From positions 8,556,001 through 8,620,000 of the forward strand of contig OX597837.1 of the NCBI GenBank assembly GCA_951406725.2: DNA of 64,000 bases. The letters are read 5' to 3'. The notes beneath the pieces are model-generated. The model was not told where the DNA came from. It worked only from the letters and a program-made list of their open reading frames with translations, and ran no database searches. Shown here piece by piece: positions 44,912 to 59,034 of the stretch. This stretch comes from Octopus vulgaris. Its lineage: Eukaryota. Numbering within the stretch: position 1 is the stretch's first letter; each line of letters opens with the position of its first letter. A program made the translations under genes and the position numbers.

Positions 44912-45369
44912 GTGTGTGTGTGTGTATGTATATATATTTGTAGACATATATATATATATATATGTATACATACATACCTACATGCATACCTACATATATA
45001 TATATGTACATATACATATATATATATATACATATATAAACATATATATTGAGATTGATATATAGATGTGTTTGTATACATACGTACTTTTATCTATGTT
45101 TATAGATATATATGAATTCATATATATATATATATATATGTATACAAAGATAGACTAATAGACTTTGAGACACACAGAGAGGCAGAGAGCCAGAGAGAGA
45201 GAGAAAGAGAGAGAGACAGAGGGAGAGAGAGAGAGTGAAAGAAGGAAGGAAAGATGGACAGAGAGAGGGAGAGATAGATATATGTCCCTACATTAAGACG
45301 GCTTCACTTAATTTTGTAAGCATGCCAATATTCTCGAAAATCTGGCACATTCCGTGTTGCACATTCTAC

Positions 45370-45561
45370 CTATAGCTGTTAGACGTAAAGACAGCGTAAT
45401 CTTATTACGCTGCTGTCCTCCCCGCTGCTGTTGATGGCGTCGGTTGTGCTGCTAATACCAGCGGTGGAGCTGCCGGTACTTGCAACAAAGCGAGTTGGAT
45501 CGCTGTCGGTGGTTGCGCTGGCGGTGCACATGGGCGTTTGCCACATATGTAATGGTTTCTC
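45370..45561 (-). other. Candidate spliced exon (non-coding or terminal)
   Basis: GC-rich 192-bp island bounded on minus by ttttccattttcaacAG| and AG|GTAGAA; all three frames contain a stop. Confidence 0.35.
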
Positions 45562-45771
45562 CTGTTGAAAATGGAAAAGGCTTAATGTGGTATAAAGCAG
45601 TTTGTTGGTCTCTCCAAATAAGATTGTTTGGAATTGTGGATGTAGCAATGTGTGGATGTCTTCCTGTATTAGGAACTCTTCTGCGGTTTCATGTACACCT
45701 TTCGTTCTAACTCAATTTTCCCTCGCTCACTCTCTCTCTCTCTTTGTTTCTTGCTATCTCGCTCCATCGTG

Positions 45772-45861
<90 letters not shown>

Positions 45862-46637
45862 ATATAAATATATATATATATACATATGTGTGAGTGTGCA
45901 CAAACACATTTGTATACATACATATAATATATATATATATATATACACATATATACATACACTCACACACACGCACACACACACACACATATATATATAT
46001 ATGCGTGTGTGTGCCTGTGTATGTGCATATATATACATATATATACATATATATACATGTATATACACACACACACACGCACACACATATATATATATAT
46101 ATACATATATACATATATATATATTCATACACTTGCATATATGCATGTACACATACTCAAGCACACACTTACATATATGTATATATCTGTATATGTGTAT
46201 ATATATACACACATATATATGTATATATGTATAGTCGTATCTATATATTTAAATCCGCACACACACACACACACACACACGTAGACAAATACACACACAA
46301 TCTTACGCACACAAATACACACACAAACACACACACACATATATATATATTAAATGTGCGTGACATGTGATGCGTACATATTAATGTATATGTTTTATCA
46401 GTGTATTTCGAAGACATGTAACTTGTTAAACATTGGCATTGAGCAATATTTTTACGGTTAATATATGCATAGCAAAAAGCTAGCAACCCAACGTCATGCA
46501 TTATGACATATAAAGTGCCTACTCACGTACACATATATAATACACTTCTATACTTAAGAGATTAGGAATTATTTACATTATTTACATTATTCACATTATT
46601 TACAGTTGACATATTTCTTCTCATCTTGCTTGTTGTT

Positions 46638-46683
46638 AACACAACGTTTCGGCTGATATACCCTCCGGCTTTCATCAGGTGTC
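46638..46683 (-). ncRNA. Minimal hammerhead motif (CUGAUGA+A variant)
   Basis: Minus strand: GACAC-CTGATGA-A-AGCCG..CAGCC-GAAA-CG-TT-GTGTT. Stem I GACAC/GTGTT; stem II mismatched here but intact in the homologue at 63318-63363. Confidence 0.65.
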
Positions 46684-47751
46684 TTGGGGAAATTTTGAAC
46701 TTGGGTTCCCATTCCTAAGGTATTTTTCGACCTTCTTCTTCTTCTTCTTCTTCTTCTTCTTCTTCTTCTTCTTTTTCTTCCCCATCCTCCTCCTCCCCCT
46801 CTTCTTCTTCTTCTTCTTCTTCTTCTTCTTCTTCTTCTTCTTCTTCTTCTTTTTCTTCCCCATCCTCCTCCTCCCCCTCTTCTTCTTCTTCTTCTTCTTC
46901 TTCTACTATACTACTAATTCTTCTTCTTCTTCTTCTTCTTCTTCTTCTTCCCCATCCTCCTCCTCCACCTCTTCTTCTTCTTCTTCTTCTTATTCATCCT
47001 CGTCATCGTCATCCTCCTCTTTCTCCTTCTCTTCATAATCGTCGTCCTTCGTCTCCACATCCTCCTCCCCTTCACTCTTCTTCTTGACGTGGTAAAAGTT
47101 ACAAAAGCTATCGACAATAGCAACAGCTGCAGCAACAACAAACGCAACTACATCAAAAGCTGTGACACAAACGACGAACGAACATATAACCAAGAAAAGA
47201 AGAAGCGGTAAGCGATAGCGAGCACATTCTCTCTCTCAGAACTCCTGCACCAGAGTCTTCAGGAATGAGCAACATATTGCTTACGGTCAATAAAACATAA
47301 GAACCAACCAATACAAGAAGCGGGAACCTCGCTTTCAGCATGGGTGGCTTTGTTGAAAAATTCTGTCTTCTCATTTACATGGATTACATTCCTTGCTTTT
47401 GGATATTGTTTCACTTTTTAAACAACCCTTGCGATCGTTCTTGTTCTAAGTACGTATGACTTTGTCGAAAAATTCAGACATCTGATGTACATGGAGTTAC
47501 CTTCCTTATTTATATATTTTTATTTGTTGTATTTTTTAGATTTTTGTTTCTCGTCTTAAACACTCCTTGAGGTTTTGAGTGCTACTTGTACAGAGTTATC
47601 ACAGGTGATTGAAGATGCATTACTCGGTATTTTATGCATGCGATACGCATCTCCTTTCGCAGATTTGTACTGAGACATAATAATACTAATACTAACACTA
47701 ATAATAATAATAATAATAATAATGATGATGATGATGATAAAGATGATGATG

Positions 47752-47818
<67 letters not shown>

Positions 47819-48347
47819 TAATTTTTTTAAATAATTTAAATCAGTATTTTATTTTCTTACTTCAACACCATTATTTTTCATATTTTTATTTTTTTGGTAT
47901 AAAATTTTTCTTTCGATGAGGCGTCAAGAATTATTAAGATATAATTTTATTTATTTTTACGTTGTTAACTTATATTTTGAAGAAGCGACAAATATCATAT
48001 GTCCTTCGGAATGACGCTCTTCTTACTTTGTTAGGAAGAAAAAAATAAAAAGCTTTTAACGTGTTGTTGTTGATGTTGTTTTCTAACAAAGAATAGGTTC
48101 TAATTAGCAGTAAAGAAAATGGCGGTTCTAAGTGAAGAGAAATAAATGGTGCAACATTAGATCCAAAGTCATTATCATCATGGTCACATTTAATATTATT
48201 GTTGTTGTTGTTCTTCTTCTTATTGTTGTTATTATTCTCATCACCATAATCCTTCTTTTCCTTTGCTTTTCTTTTCTCCTTTTAATTATAATGTCATTAT
48301 AATCACCATCATCATCATCATCATCATCATCACTATTATTATTATTA

Positions 48348-48385
<38 letters not shown>

Positions 48386-48425
48386 ATTCTTCTTCTTTTT
48401 CTTCATCTTCTTCTTCTTCTTCTTC

Positions 48426-48457
<32 letters not shown>

Positions 48458-48550
48458 ATTGTTATTATTTCTATTATTATTATCATTATTAATATTATTA
48501 TTATTATTATTATTGTTGTTATTAAAAAGCAACAACATTGATGATAATTA

Positions 48551-48615
<65 letters not shown>

Positions 48616-48717
48616 GTAATGATGATGATGATGATAATGATGATAATAAAAATGATAATAATAATAATTATTATTATTATCATTATTATTATTATAATAG
48701 TAGTAGTAGTAGTAGTA

Positions 48718-48826
<109 letters not shown>

Positions 48827-49189
48827 TAATAATAATATGTAAGAGTCAACGAGCAAAAACTTTAAATTTACAAATTCATGAAATTTGACCAAGTACAGAT
48901 ATTAAGAATAAATAAAAAAAAAACAGTAGAATGTTAAACCCTTTATAACATCAATGAAGACGACGACGGTGACGACGAGAAGAACGACGACGGCATTAGT
49001 TTCTGGTGTTTGATTCAGCTTTTCCTGTTGCTAATGTCTATTGAAGAAAATATAGAATTTAAAGAATATATAATTCCAATCCAGTGTCTTCATCTGTGAA
49101 TGTAATTAACAGGGGTATACATAATATGCACGACAAACGTGCGCGTGTGTGTGTGTGTGTGCGTGTATATATATATATATATATATATA

Positions 49190-49574
49190 GTGGAGGCGCA
49201 ATGGGCCAGTGGTTAGGGCAGCGGACTCGCGGTCATAGTGTCGCGGTTTCGATTCCCAGACCGGGCGTTGTGAGTGTTTATTGAGCGAAAACACCAAAAG
49301 CTCCACGAGGCTCCAGCAGGGATGGTGCTGATCCCTGCTGTACTCTTTCACCACAACTTTCTCTCACTCTTACTTCCTGTTTCTGTTGTACCTGTATTTC
49401 AAAGGGCCGGCCTTGTCACTCTCTGTGTCACGCTGAATATCCCCGAGAACTACGTTAAGGGTACACGTTTCTGTGAGTGCTCAGCCACTTACACGTTAAT
49501 TTCACGAGCAGGCTGTTCCGTTGATTCGGATCAACCGGAACCCTCATCGTCGTAACTGACGGAGTGCTTCCATT

Positions 49575-49577
<3 letters not shown>
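49190..49577 (+). mobile_element. Full-length tRNA-derived SINE (tRNA-Arg-like head, OR-type)
   Basis: ggaggcgcaatgggccagtggttagggcagcggactcgcggtc...ggtttcgattccc head; inserted between (TA)n tracts. Confidence 0.8.
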
Positions 49578-49654
<77 letters not shown>

Positions 49655-50041
49655 GTATATATGTATATATATATGTATGTACGTATGTATATGTGTATAT
49701 CTATCTATCTATGTATCTATCTATCGCTCTCTCTCTTTATATTACAAAACCACGCTAAGATAAGTATTTATTTATATTTAAGATCTTTAAATTGTAAATT
49801 TTAATATTTTATAAGTCTTTGGTGTAATAATATTTTTCTTATGTAAATATCGTTGTTTATGTAATGATCTAATTATCGTAATTTTCTATATTATTAGATA
49901 TTAAATTTAAGTTTATTCGTAAGATATTACTTAGCGATAGTTTTGTTGTTTGATAGCAAGTATACGAGTTGTCTAAATTTAGGTTTATGCATATACATGT
50001 ATTAATAGTATTAATTGTAGTTCTAAATTTCTTATAATTAA

Positions 50042-50115
50042 AATTAGATAAACTTAGATAAACTTAGATATGTTTCGACCAAAGATTGGTTCAGGCCATG
50101 TCTAACTTAATAGCA
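50042..50115 (-). mobile_element. Very short 3' end of the CR1-group LINE seen at 53761-54105
   Basis: cttagatatgtttcgaccaaagattggttcaggccatgtctaacttaatagca with a tandem (aaacttagat) tail. Confidence 0.8.
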
Positions 50116-50686
50116 TAACTTAGTTATTGTCTTTTTAAATTGATATTCGCTAGTTTATTACCATTGCTGAATATATTTATAGTATTTATAGTATTTATTC
50201 CATACTATATAACTACGAATTGATTATTTCTATAAGTATTTTACATAAGATTTCCGAAAGTTCGTTTAAGTTTGTTTGTTTGTATTTTTGAAATTAGCTA
50301 TTTCATCTTTAAATGTGAGATATTAATTTATTAGGTTTTTATTATATGTGCATATATATTTATTTATAGAGATTATTTTATATCTTAATTATAATATTTA
50401 TATACATTTATATATTTTCATTGATAATTTATATATAATAGTCATTTTATTTTTAATATTTATGTAATTAGATATAGACTATTACCGATATTAGATTATT
50501 GGTGGATTTCCTACCTTATAAATTAAAATTAATATTTAACATTATAATCGATTTTGATATAATCATATTTGTTAAGTTTTAAGTCTCTAGTTTGATAATA
50601 GAGTTTATTATAAGTAAAATTATTATATTATTTATATCTTTAAAATATTGTTTAAATATTTCTGATTATTTAAAAATATTTCAATT

Positions 50687-50780
50687 AACCTGAAGATTGA
50701 CTGTAACCATAACTCGAATTATTAATTGAATTTAAATTATTGTTATTCGAATTGGTACAGCCATGAAACGATCGTAGTGT
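50687..50780 (+). ncRNA. Type I hammerhead motif with long stem II
   Basis: CTGAAGA (50690)-T-TGACTGTAACC...GGTACAGCCA-T-GAAA-CGATCG-TA (50776); same stem III palindrome as 12877-12980; stem I weak. Confidence 0.65.
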
Positions 50781-50919
50781 TTTACTCTTTATCTTTTATT
50801 AAACTTTTAATACTTTTGATATTTATATATAAAAAATAAATAAATAAAATAAAATAAATAAATAAATAAATAAATAAATTAATTAATTAATTAATAAAAT
50901 AATATATAAATATAAAAAT

Positions 50920-50987
<68 letters not shown>

Positions 50988-51245
50988 ATATATATATTTA
51001 AAATTTATAAGTTTAAATTATTAATATAATTTTTTAATTTTTAACTTCTATATTTTTAAATTAATTTTATGTATTGGCTTAATGTTTTTCACTGTTTGAT
51101 TTGCCTAATGCTTGTTTTATCTCTAATTTAATATAATATAATATAATATATTTATACTATAAAATTGGATTTAATCCTAAATCTAATTTTTCCCTGTAAG
51201 TTTGGATTTATTCGCTAATATTATTATTATATATATATATATATA

Positions 51246-51660
51246 TTACTCTTTTACTCTTTTACTTTTTTCAGTCATTTGACTGTGGCCATGCTGGAGC
51301 ACCGCCTTTAGTCGAGCAGATCAACCCCAGGACTTATTCTTTGTAAGCCCAGTACTTATTCTATCGGTCTCTTTTTGCCGAACCGCTAGGTTATGTGGAC
51401 GTAAACACACCAGCATCGGTTATCAAGCGATGTTGGCGGGTACAAAGATGCACAAACATATACACGCACACATACATATATATATCATACATATATACGA
51501 CAGGCTTCTTTCAGTTTCCGTCTACCAAATCCACTCACAAGGCTTTTGTTGGCCTGAGACTATAGTAGAAGACACTTATCCAAGGTGTCACGCAGTAGGA
51601 ATGAAGCCGGAACCATGTGGTTTGTAAGTAAGCTACTTACCACACAGCCACTCCTACGCC
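51246..51660 (-). mobile_element. Full-length OK/OR-type SINE
   Basis: Collinear with 25582-25962; (ttactctt)n tail on the left. Confidence 0.88.
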
Positions 51661-51774
51661 TATATATATATATATTTATTAAATCCCCCCAAAAGAAGAA
51701 GAAACAAAAACATCAACGCGAGGATGTGGAACATGTAAAGTATTAGCAGACGCTCGGGGTAGGAAAGAAAGATG

Positions 51775-51809
51775 GTTTAACGTTTCGAGCAATGCTCTTC
51801 TTCAGAAAC
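51775..51809 (-). ncRNA. Minimal hammerhead motif (CUGAAGA+A variant)
   Basis: Minus strand: GTTT-CTGAAGA-A-GAGC-ATT-GCTC-GAAA-CG-TT-AAAC; stems I and II fully paired. Confidence 0.75.
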
Positions 51810-52520
51810 AGAGGAATATACAATAGAAAATCGCCAACGATTCACATGTAGTTACACTTTGAAAAAAAGACAACAAAATATATATATTCGAGAGGTATTG
51901 GTATATAGATAACCCAAAGTTTGTCTGGTAACGCTAAGTAAGTGCTATGGAAAGACCGTAGTTAAACTTTTTCGATAATGATAGGACTGAGGAGTGAGTC
52001 TAATGTGGGTCTTATAACTGACCCATTATACAAATCCTTATGACGGTCGCCTGTAGATATATACAGAGTTGTTGACAACTGAAAAAAATACGAATAGAGA
52101 AAAGGACAAATTTAATTATAGAATTCAACGTATAAATTATTTCTATTTTATTAATATAACATATAAATATGAAAATTGATTAATATTATTGAAAAATACA
52201 CGTTAACAAAATTTATAATATAGATTGAGACACTTTCGTTGCCTTACAGCTCTTTTCTGGAAAAAGAAGTTGAGTTTCTTATGCGATGTGTTACGCCTTC
52301 CGTATGTATATATACACATATATATGATATGATATGGTATGAGTATGAATATATGTATATGTGGGTAAATATATATATATATATGTTATGTAAGTACGTA
52401 CGTATCTATCGATCTATCCACCCGTCCATCCATCCATGCACCCATCCATCCATCCATCCATACACACATACATACATACATACATACATACATACATACA
52501 TACATACATACATACATACA

Positions 52521-52551
<31 letters not shown>

Positions 52552-52677
52552 GAATAGATATATACAGGAGGGAGAGAGGTTGTATATAAGGTATCCTATG
52601 GCAATATCCTAACAATAATGTCGCAAGTTCAATGCATTTTAAACGGGAAAGTATCTGTCTAAGTATATATCAAGCTT

Positions 52678-52714
<37 letters not shown>

Positions 52715-52932
52715 ATTTCTATCTATCTATGCACACACATACACACGCACACACACACACAGATTTATATAGATACACATAACCATCCGCTCATCCATCC
52801 ATCCATCCATCCACCCATCTATACATTCATACATACATGCATACACACATAAATACATACATACATACATGCATACATACATATATACATACATACATAC
52901 ACACATACATACATAGAGACAGACAGACAGAC

Positions 52933-52966
<34 letters not shown>

Positions 52967-53724
52967 ACATATATATGTGTGTACATATATATATATATGT
53001 ACATAATATGGGTACATATACTAATATATATGGAGATTATGATTTATGATTTAAATTGCACAAATAAAAAAGCCAAGACAAATCAGAACCTAGATAGAGT
53101 TCGATGCGTAAGCCAGTATATATCTGCAGGCGACCGTCATAAGGATTTGTATAATTGGTCTGTTATAATTTGGCAAGAATCCGCAGTTCGGTATGTCACA
53201 GAGTACATAGAGAAATGAAAACGAAATAGAAAAGTTTGAACACGTACAAACACACAGACACACAAAGACACACACGCATGAAGAGAAAGGGAGAGAGATA
53301 CAAAGAGACAAAGACACAAGCGGATGTGTGATTAATAAGATAGATGTATCAGTTAGGTTCATTCTGCTTTGCAAGTTTCTGAAAACGAATACGAGGTGTC
53401 ATAGATATTTTGTGCGCCATTTTTAACAATTATAATACATAGATCACTTGATAAAGGACATAAGTGAAGATACGACAGGGGCCGGTAGAAAGCGGGACGC
53501 CACGAAATTTGTTTTAGATCCACGGAGAATAAATATGTGTATATATACTCCAGAATAATCGGGAAAATTGAATTTAAGTAATACGTGTTATGTGGAGTAT
53601 AATATAGGTAATTAGAGTAAAATTGGGTTTTAGACCTGGATGCATAATATATATTGTATATATGAAGTGAAAACAAGCACTCACACATAGGGACGTAGTA
53701 CGTACATATACACACACAGAGGCG

Positions 53725-53757
<33 letters not shown>

Positions 53758-53760
53758 TTA

Positions 53761-54105
53761 AAACTTAGATAAAACTTAGATATGTTTCGACCAGAGATTG
53801 GTCCAGGCCATGTCTAACTTAATAGCACCACCTGATAGGATTATTCGAATCCTGTTTAAGTCAAGTTTTGTTCAAGTAGTGAGTTCTTGTTGGGTGAGTT
53901 GTATCCAGTTTTGTTCAAGTAGTGAGTTCTTGTTGGGTGAGTTGTATCCAATTATGGGTGGCTTATCTGGTATTCTTTGAAGGAATCTATCCAGACTCTG
54001 TTTAAAGTTGATGGGATCCTTTTCCTCTTTGATCTCCCAGGGCCTGTTGAGGAAAAGAAATTATGTTGCAGTGTACATGTATGTTGTGATCTTGAATTTG
54101 GCAGG
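53761..54105 (-). mobile_element. CR1-group LINE 3' end (second family)
   Basis: Minus peptides TLQHNFFSSTGP and FKQSLDRFLQRIPDKP..GY..NSLL parallel the 35450-36268 C-terminus; 3' hairpin and tandem tail; internal ~43-bp duplication near 53865-53950. Confidence 0.8.
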
Positions 54106-54344
54106 GGACGTATAGCCCGTGGGGGGGACGTATAGCCCGTGGGGGGACGTATATATATATATATATACGTCTTTGTGTGCGGTTCTTGTCTGAGGATAGG
54201 CTCAGTCAAGTTCAGTTCTTGACTGAGGATAGGAAGCTTCGAATGACCCGTCCTTGTTTTTTGGTATCGTCTATCTGGATGTTTTGTTGTCCCTTTTTGC
54301 ATCACCTAGTTGTCCGGATGTGTTTGCGTTCTTTTCCCATTTTG

Positions 54345-54439
<95 letters not shown>

Positions 54440-55026
54440 GTATGTCGATACACGAACATACACACATGTACACATACACATCAAGCTCTTTACTCTAACG
54501 CACGGACAAACAAACAGACACACACACACATGTATATATTTGTTATATGTATGTATGTGTATATAATTTAATAGTAACGTCGGTATGTATAATTCTCATA
54601 GTATGTTGATTGCTGGTGTAATAATTCTGTTTCGTGGTAGCTTTCATAAAAGAAGCGTCTGTGTATAGTTGCATACAAGCAGGCATGTAAACACAGAGGC
54701 ACAAACAGGCACACATACACAAAGGCACGCACTAGTACACACACGTACACACACAAACACAGAGACATATGCATATATGTATATATATGGAATTATATGT
54801 GTACATAGTTGATGTATATATATATGTGTGTCTGTGTGTGTGTATGTCTGTGTGTGTGTTTGTATGTATGTAATATATATATAATATATATTTACACATG
54901 TGTTTTGATGCTTAGATTTTTATGTCTATAATCATATATATATATATATATATAATTATGTGTATATATATATATACAGTGACTTTGTAACATGTGTGTG
55001 TATGTTGCCTCTATACTTATGGTATC

Positions 55027-55085
<59 letters not shown>

Positions 55086-55679
55086 TGTATATCATATACC
55101 AGACATACTTAGCGCATCCTTTGATTTGAAACAAAATATCTTCCGGCTACTCGTTACCATAGCAAGACTTAAGTAAAAATAAAGAAAAAAAACACCCACA
55201 AGAAATCATAAAAGGCGAAAGAGAAAAGTACGGAAACCATTTTATCTTTTTGATCAGAAGCATTTCAAATCTTACGTCAAACTTTTCGCTACCAAAATCT
55301 GCGATGGCATTAATTATTCTTACTGCTTTCGAAATTGTACACATTACTTTGTTAGGAATCGGTGATTCCAATATCGTTCATTAACAAGATTACTTACTGG
55401 CGTTCGTTGTAGAAAGAAAACACTGCATTAGCAATTGGATAATGGAAGCTAGATTTAAAATATTTACGTTGTCACACAATTACATTCGAAGTGTGAGAAA
55501 TGTGACTGCATTTTTTATATTTCCAGCAGTGTGAAAAGTGAAGCAAAGAAAAAAGGATAACCAAAAAAAAAAATAAAAAAAAAAAAAATAATAATATCAG
55601 TTTCAGAAAATATTATAGAGACTCTGATAGTATTGTCTAGTGTTGTATGTTATATGTAACCTATATATATATATAATTT

Positions 55680-55783
<104 letters not shown>

Positions 55784-55803
55784 ACTTTCTCTCATTCTTT
55801 CTT

Positions 55804-55871
<68 letters not shown>

Positions 55872-56148
55872 ACTATCTATCTATCCATCTAACAAGCTAG
55901 CTATAGACATATACATGTGCATGTGTGGGTGTACATGTGCATACACACACGCACATACACACATATATATATATACACTACTGAATTATATATATTATAT
56001 ATATTATATATAATTATATATATAATTATATATATTATATATATATACATTAATCTAAATTAATGTAAACTCGTTTTTATCATAACTGAAGATAAAAAGA
56101 AACCTTAATGTGCATACATACATACATATATATATATATATATGTATG

Positions 56149-56208
<60 letters not shown>

Positions 56209-56510
56209 CGTATGTATGTAGATACACACACACGCAAACACATATATATATGTATGTATATAAAAGTGCTTAATGAAATTTTGATACGGATTTATACAAA
56301 TTAAAATCTCGTTTGCTCATCACACCAAACCATTTCTTCATTTGTGTGACGGACCAATGCAATTTAAGTTCTAAGGAACCAAATGAAACTTATCGAATAC
56401 TTATATATATACCCGTACCTAACGTGATGAGATCCTCTTTCATCCATTTGTATATATATATATGGGTAGGGTTGTGTGTGTGTGTGTATGTATATATTAC
56501 GATAAAATAA

Positions 56511-56815
56511 ACTAGTGGTTCGCCAAAGGAAATCGATATGTTAGCGGTTCGCCAAAGGAAATCGATATGTTAGCGGTTCGCCAAAAGCGATAGATAAAAT
56601 CATTTAATCGATATCTTTTGTCGAAGCGTTAAGTTATTTTATCGACATCGTTTGGCGAACCGCTAATGTTATTTTATCGATCACATTTTGGAAACTACTA
56701 GTGTATTTTATCGATCTCCTTTGCCGAAAGGGGATGTTATTTTATCGATCTCCTTTCCCGAAACGTTAATTTATTTTATCGATCACGATCGGCGAACTGC
56801 TAAGTTATTTTATCT
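56511..56815. repeat. Minisatellite of ~29-35-bp units in two opposite orientations
   Basis: Three units tagcggttcgccaaaggaaatcgata followed by six inverted units of the form atcgatctcctttgccgaaccgctaagttatttt. Confidence 0.85.
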
Positions 56816-58034
56816 GCTACCCACATAAATCCTATGAGGAAAAAGAACGAACCTGGGCGTTATTCACCGTATTATCAGTACTTAAGTACTAAAGTAGTAC
56901 CCCATTTCCGGTCTCCTGAATGATGGAAGCCAATTCTGACTTCGGCACAGTTTGAACCCAGTGTGTACGACACCAGAGCAATACCACCAGGCATTATATC
57001 ACACGCTTTAACGCCTGTTACGCACGACGTCATTATCTAATATGCATTTGTTTTTGTATATCCAGGCCGTCACGTCCCAACACCTCCGTCCTTTTTTCTA
57101 GAGCTGGGCGTTATTGATTAATAGATTTCGTTCCTATTTTTAGCAGATCGGGGCAACGTGGCTTCGAGTTTTTCTCGTTGGCTCGCTTCCATCGTTTGTG
57201 TATTTAGAGAACGCAAACAAACGCAGCTATATTATTCCCACATCATTCTAACAGCAATGTGCAAAGAAACCATTGCGTGTTACATTAAGGAACGAAATGA
57301 AATCACTTAACTCTACCGATGCCCGATACTCAGCGGTACTGAAGTAATTCTCTCTGAACAAGCAGAGGGCGGCTCACACAGGAGAACATACATAAACGCT
57401 CGAACTGTTTATAGAAAAACCAATTACAAGCTCTAATATATCATTGGTGTGTGCTTTACTAAGATGCATCAATCAAATCATATCATTTCTTTGTTAATAT
57501 ATTGTGGTGATCCAGGGTTATTTCTTAAGTGCCATGGAGATCTCCAAGGTAAATACTGCGAGAATGATTCGGAAAATAATACTGGTCAAATATTTGTGTA
57601 CACCGTGAAATATTTAGAATATTTTTTCTTCATATATATAATACGTAGGGTAGCGGGTAGTGTTTTCTCTGTCTGTCTCGAGTTCTGGGTTCAGCTGACG
57701 CCGAAAAACAGTATCCATGTTGGATTCTGTATTCAGGCTTACATATTAGGGCTGTGAAACAGGCCTTTCATTGCAGGGGGGGAGAAATCTAAGAAGTATG
57801 ATTTACGATATTCTAATACTTTGCTGGTGTCATCAAAAACCGCAGGACACTCTATGGTTGCCCTCGATCAGTGGTTTTCAACTGAGAACCATATGACCAT
57901 TGTGGGACCATGCAGAGTTTTAAAAAGAATTTATGCGAAAAAAATTGCTTATACATCCACAATACACGAATTATTTTAATAATTCTTTTTCTTTTTATAC
58001 TATTGCTAATAATAGCTAATTATAAATATATTAC

Positions 58035-58199
58035 GGCGCAGGAGTGGCTGAGTGTTAAGTAGCTTGCTTCCCCACCACGTGGTTCCGGGTTCAGTCCCAC
58101 TGTGTGGCATCTTGGTAAAGTGTCTTATACTATAGCATCGGGCCGACCAAAGCCTTGTAAGTACATTTGGTAGACGTAAACTGAAAAAAAGGGCCGTCG

Positions 58200-58202
<3 letters not shown>
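58035..58202 (+). mobile_element. OK/OR-type SINE 5' half
   Basis: ggcgcaggagtggctgagtgttaagtagcttgc...ggttccgggttcagtcccac. Confidence 0.85.
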
Positions 58203-58255
<53 letters not shown>

Positions 58256-58363
58256 AGTATGTATGTATAAGTATATGCATATATATATATATATATATAT
58301 ATATTTATTATATAGAAGGAGCTTCTACAGGACTAGAACTGTTTCATTCAAAAGAAATCATCA

Positions 58364-58418
58364 GGGGCTTCCTGATGATTTCTTTTGAATGAAACAGTTC
58401 TAGTCCTGTAGAAGCTCC
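58364..58418 (+). ncRNA. Type I hammerhead ribozyme inside a perfect 63-bp-arm inverted repeat
   Basis: GGGGCTTC-CTGATGA-TTTC-TTTT-GAAT-GAAA-CAG-TTCTAGTC-CTG-TA-GAAGCTCC: 8-bp stem I (one G-U), intact core, GUA site after 58410. Inverted repeat arms 58303-58365 and 58371-58433. Confidence 0.85.
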
Positions 58419-58498
58419 TTCTATATAATAAATTAATTTACTCTGCTATGTATTGAGTACCTTATTTACTGTGGTTAACTCCGACTCAACCCGGGACC

Positions 58499-58542
<44 letters not shown>

Positions 58543-58705
58543 TGAAATATAAATTACTGGTTATGCCAGCTTCTAAGGGATCGATGTATCCGTAGGTACA
58601 CCTGGTGTATTACCTCAATATATATAGTCCTAGGTATAAGGTATACAATAGTAGATAATTTAAAGTTATAATCGTGGTTTGATATATATATATAGAAGAG
58701 AAAAG

Positions 58706-58877
58706 AAATGGAGCAATAATTAACAATGAGAAGTGGTTCATTGGTATTAAAAAGTCATTATTTAATTGTAGTTCGGAACCATTTACGGAAACAGCTGAAA
58801 ATGGTTCCAGGCTACAATTAAATGGTGACTTTTTAATACCAATGAACCACTTCTCATTGTTAATTATTGCTCCATTT
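58706..58877. repeat. ~80-bp-arm inverted repeat between (TA)n tracts
   Basis: aaatggagcaataattaacaatgagaagtggttcattggtattaaaaagtca... and its reverse complement; the centre contains GAAA-CAGCTG. Confidence 0.9.
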
Positions 58878-59003
58878 ATTTTCCTCTTTCTCTCTATCTC
58901 TCTGTATATATATATATATATATTTATATACACACACACACACACACATATATATATAATATATATATATATCTCTCTATATATATATATATATATATAT
59001 ACA

Positions 59004-59034
<31 letters not shown>

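Noticed and set aside
53770-53820. Hairpin followed by GAAAC as a hammerhead (also 50065-50110 and 36230-36253)
   Set aside because: No CUGANGA core; better explained as the LINE 3' recognition stem-loop.
54180-54260. CTGAGGA motifs as hammerheads
   Set aside because: Followed by GAAT rather than GAAA, with no convincing stems I and II.
56511-56815. CRISPR-like periodic array
   Set aside because: The variable parts are homologous to each other and to a SINE, there are no cas genes, and the context is eukaryotic.
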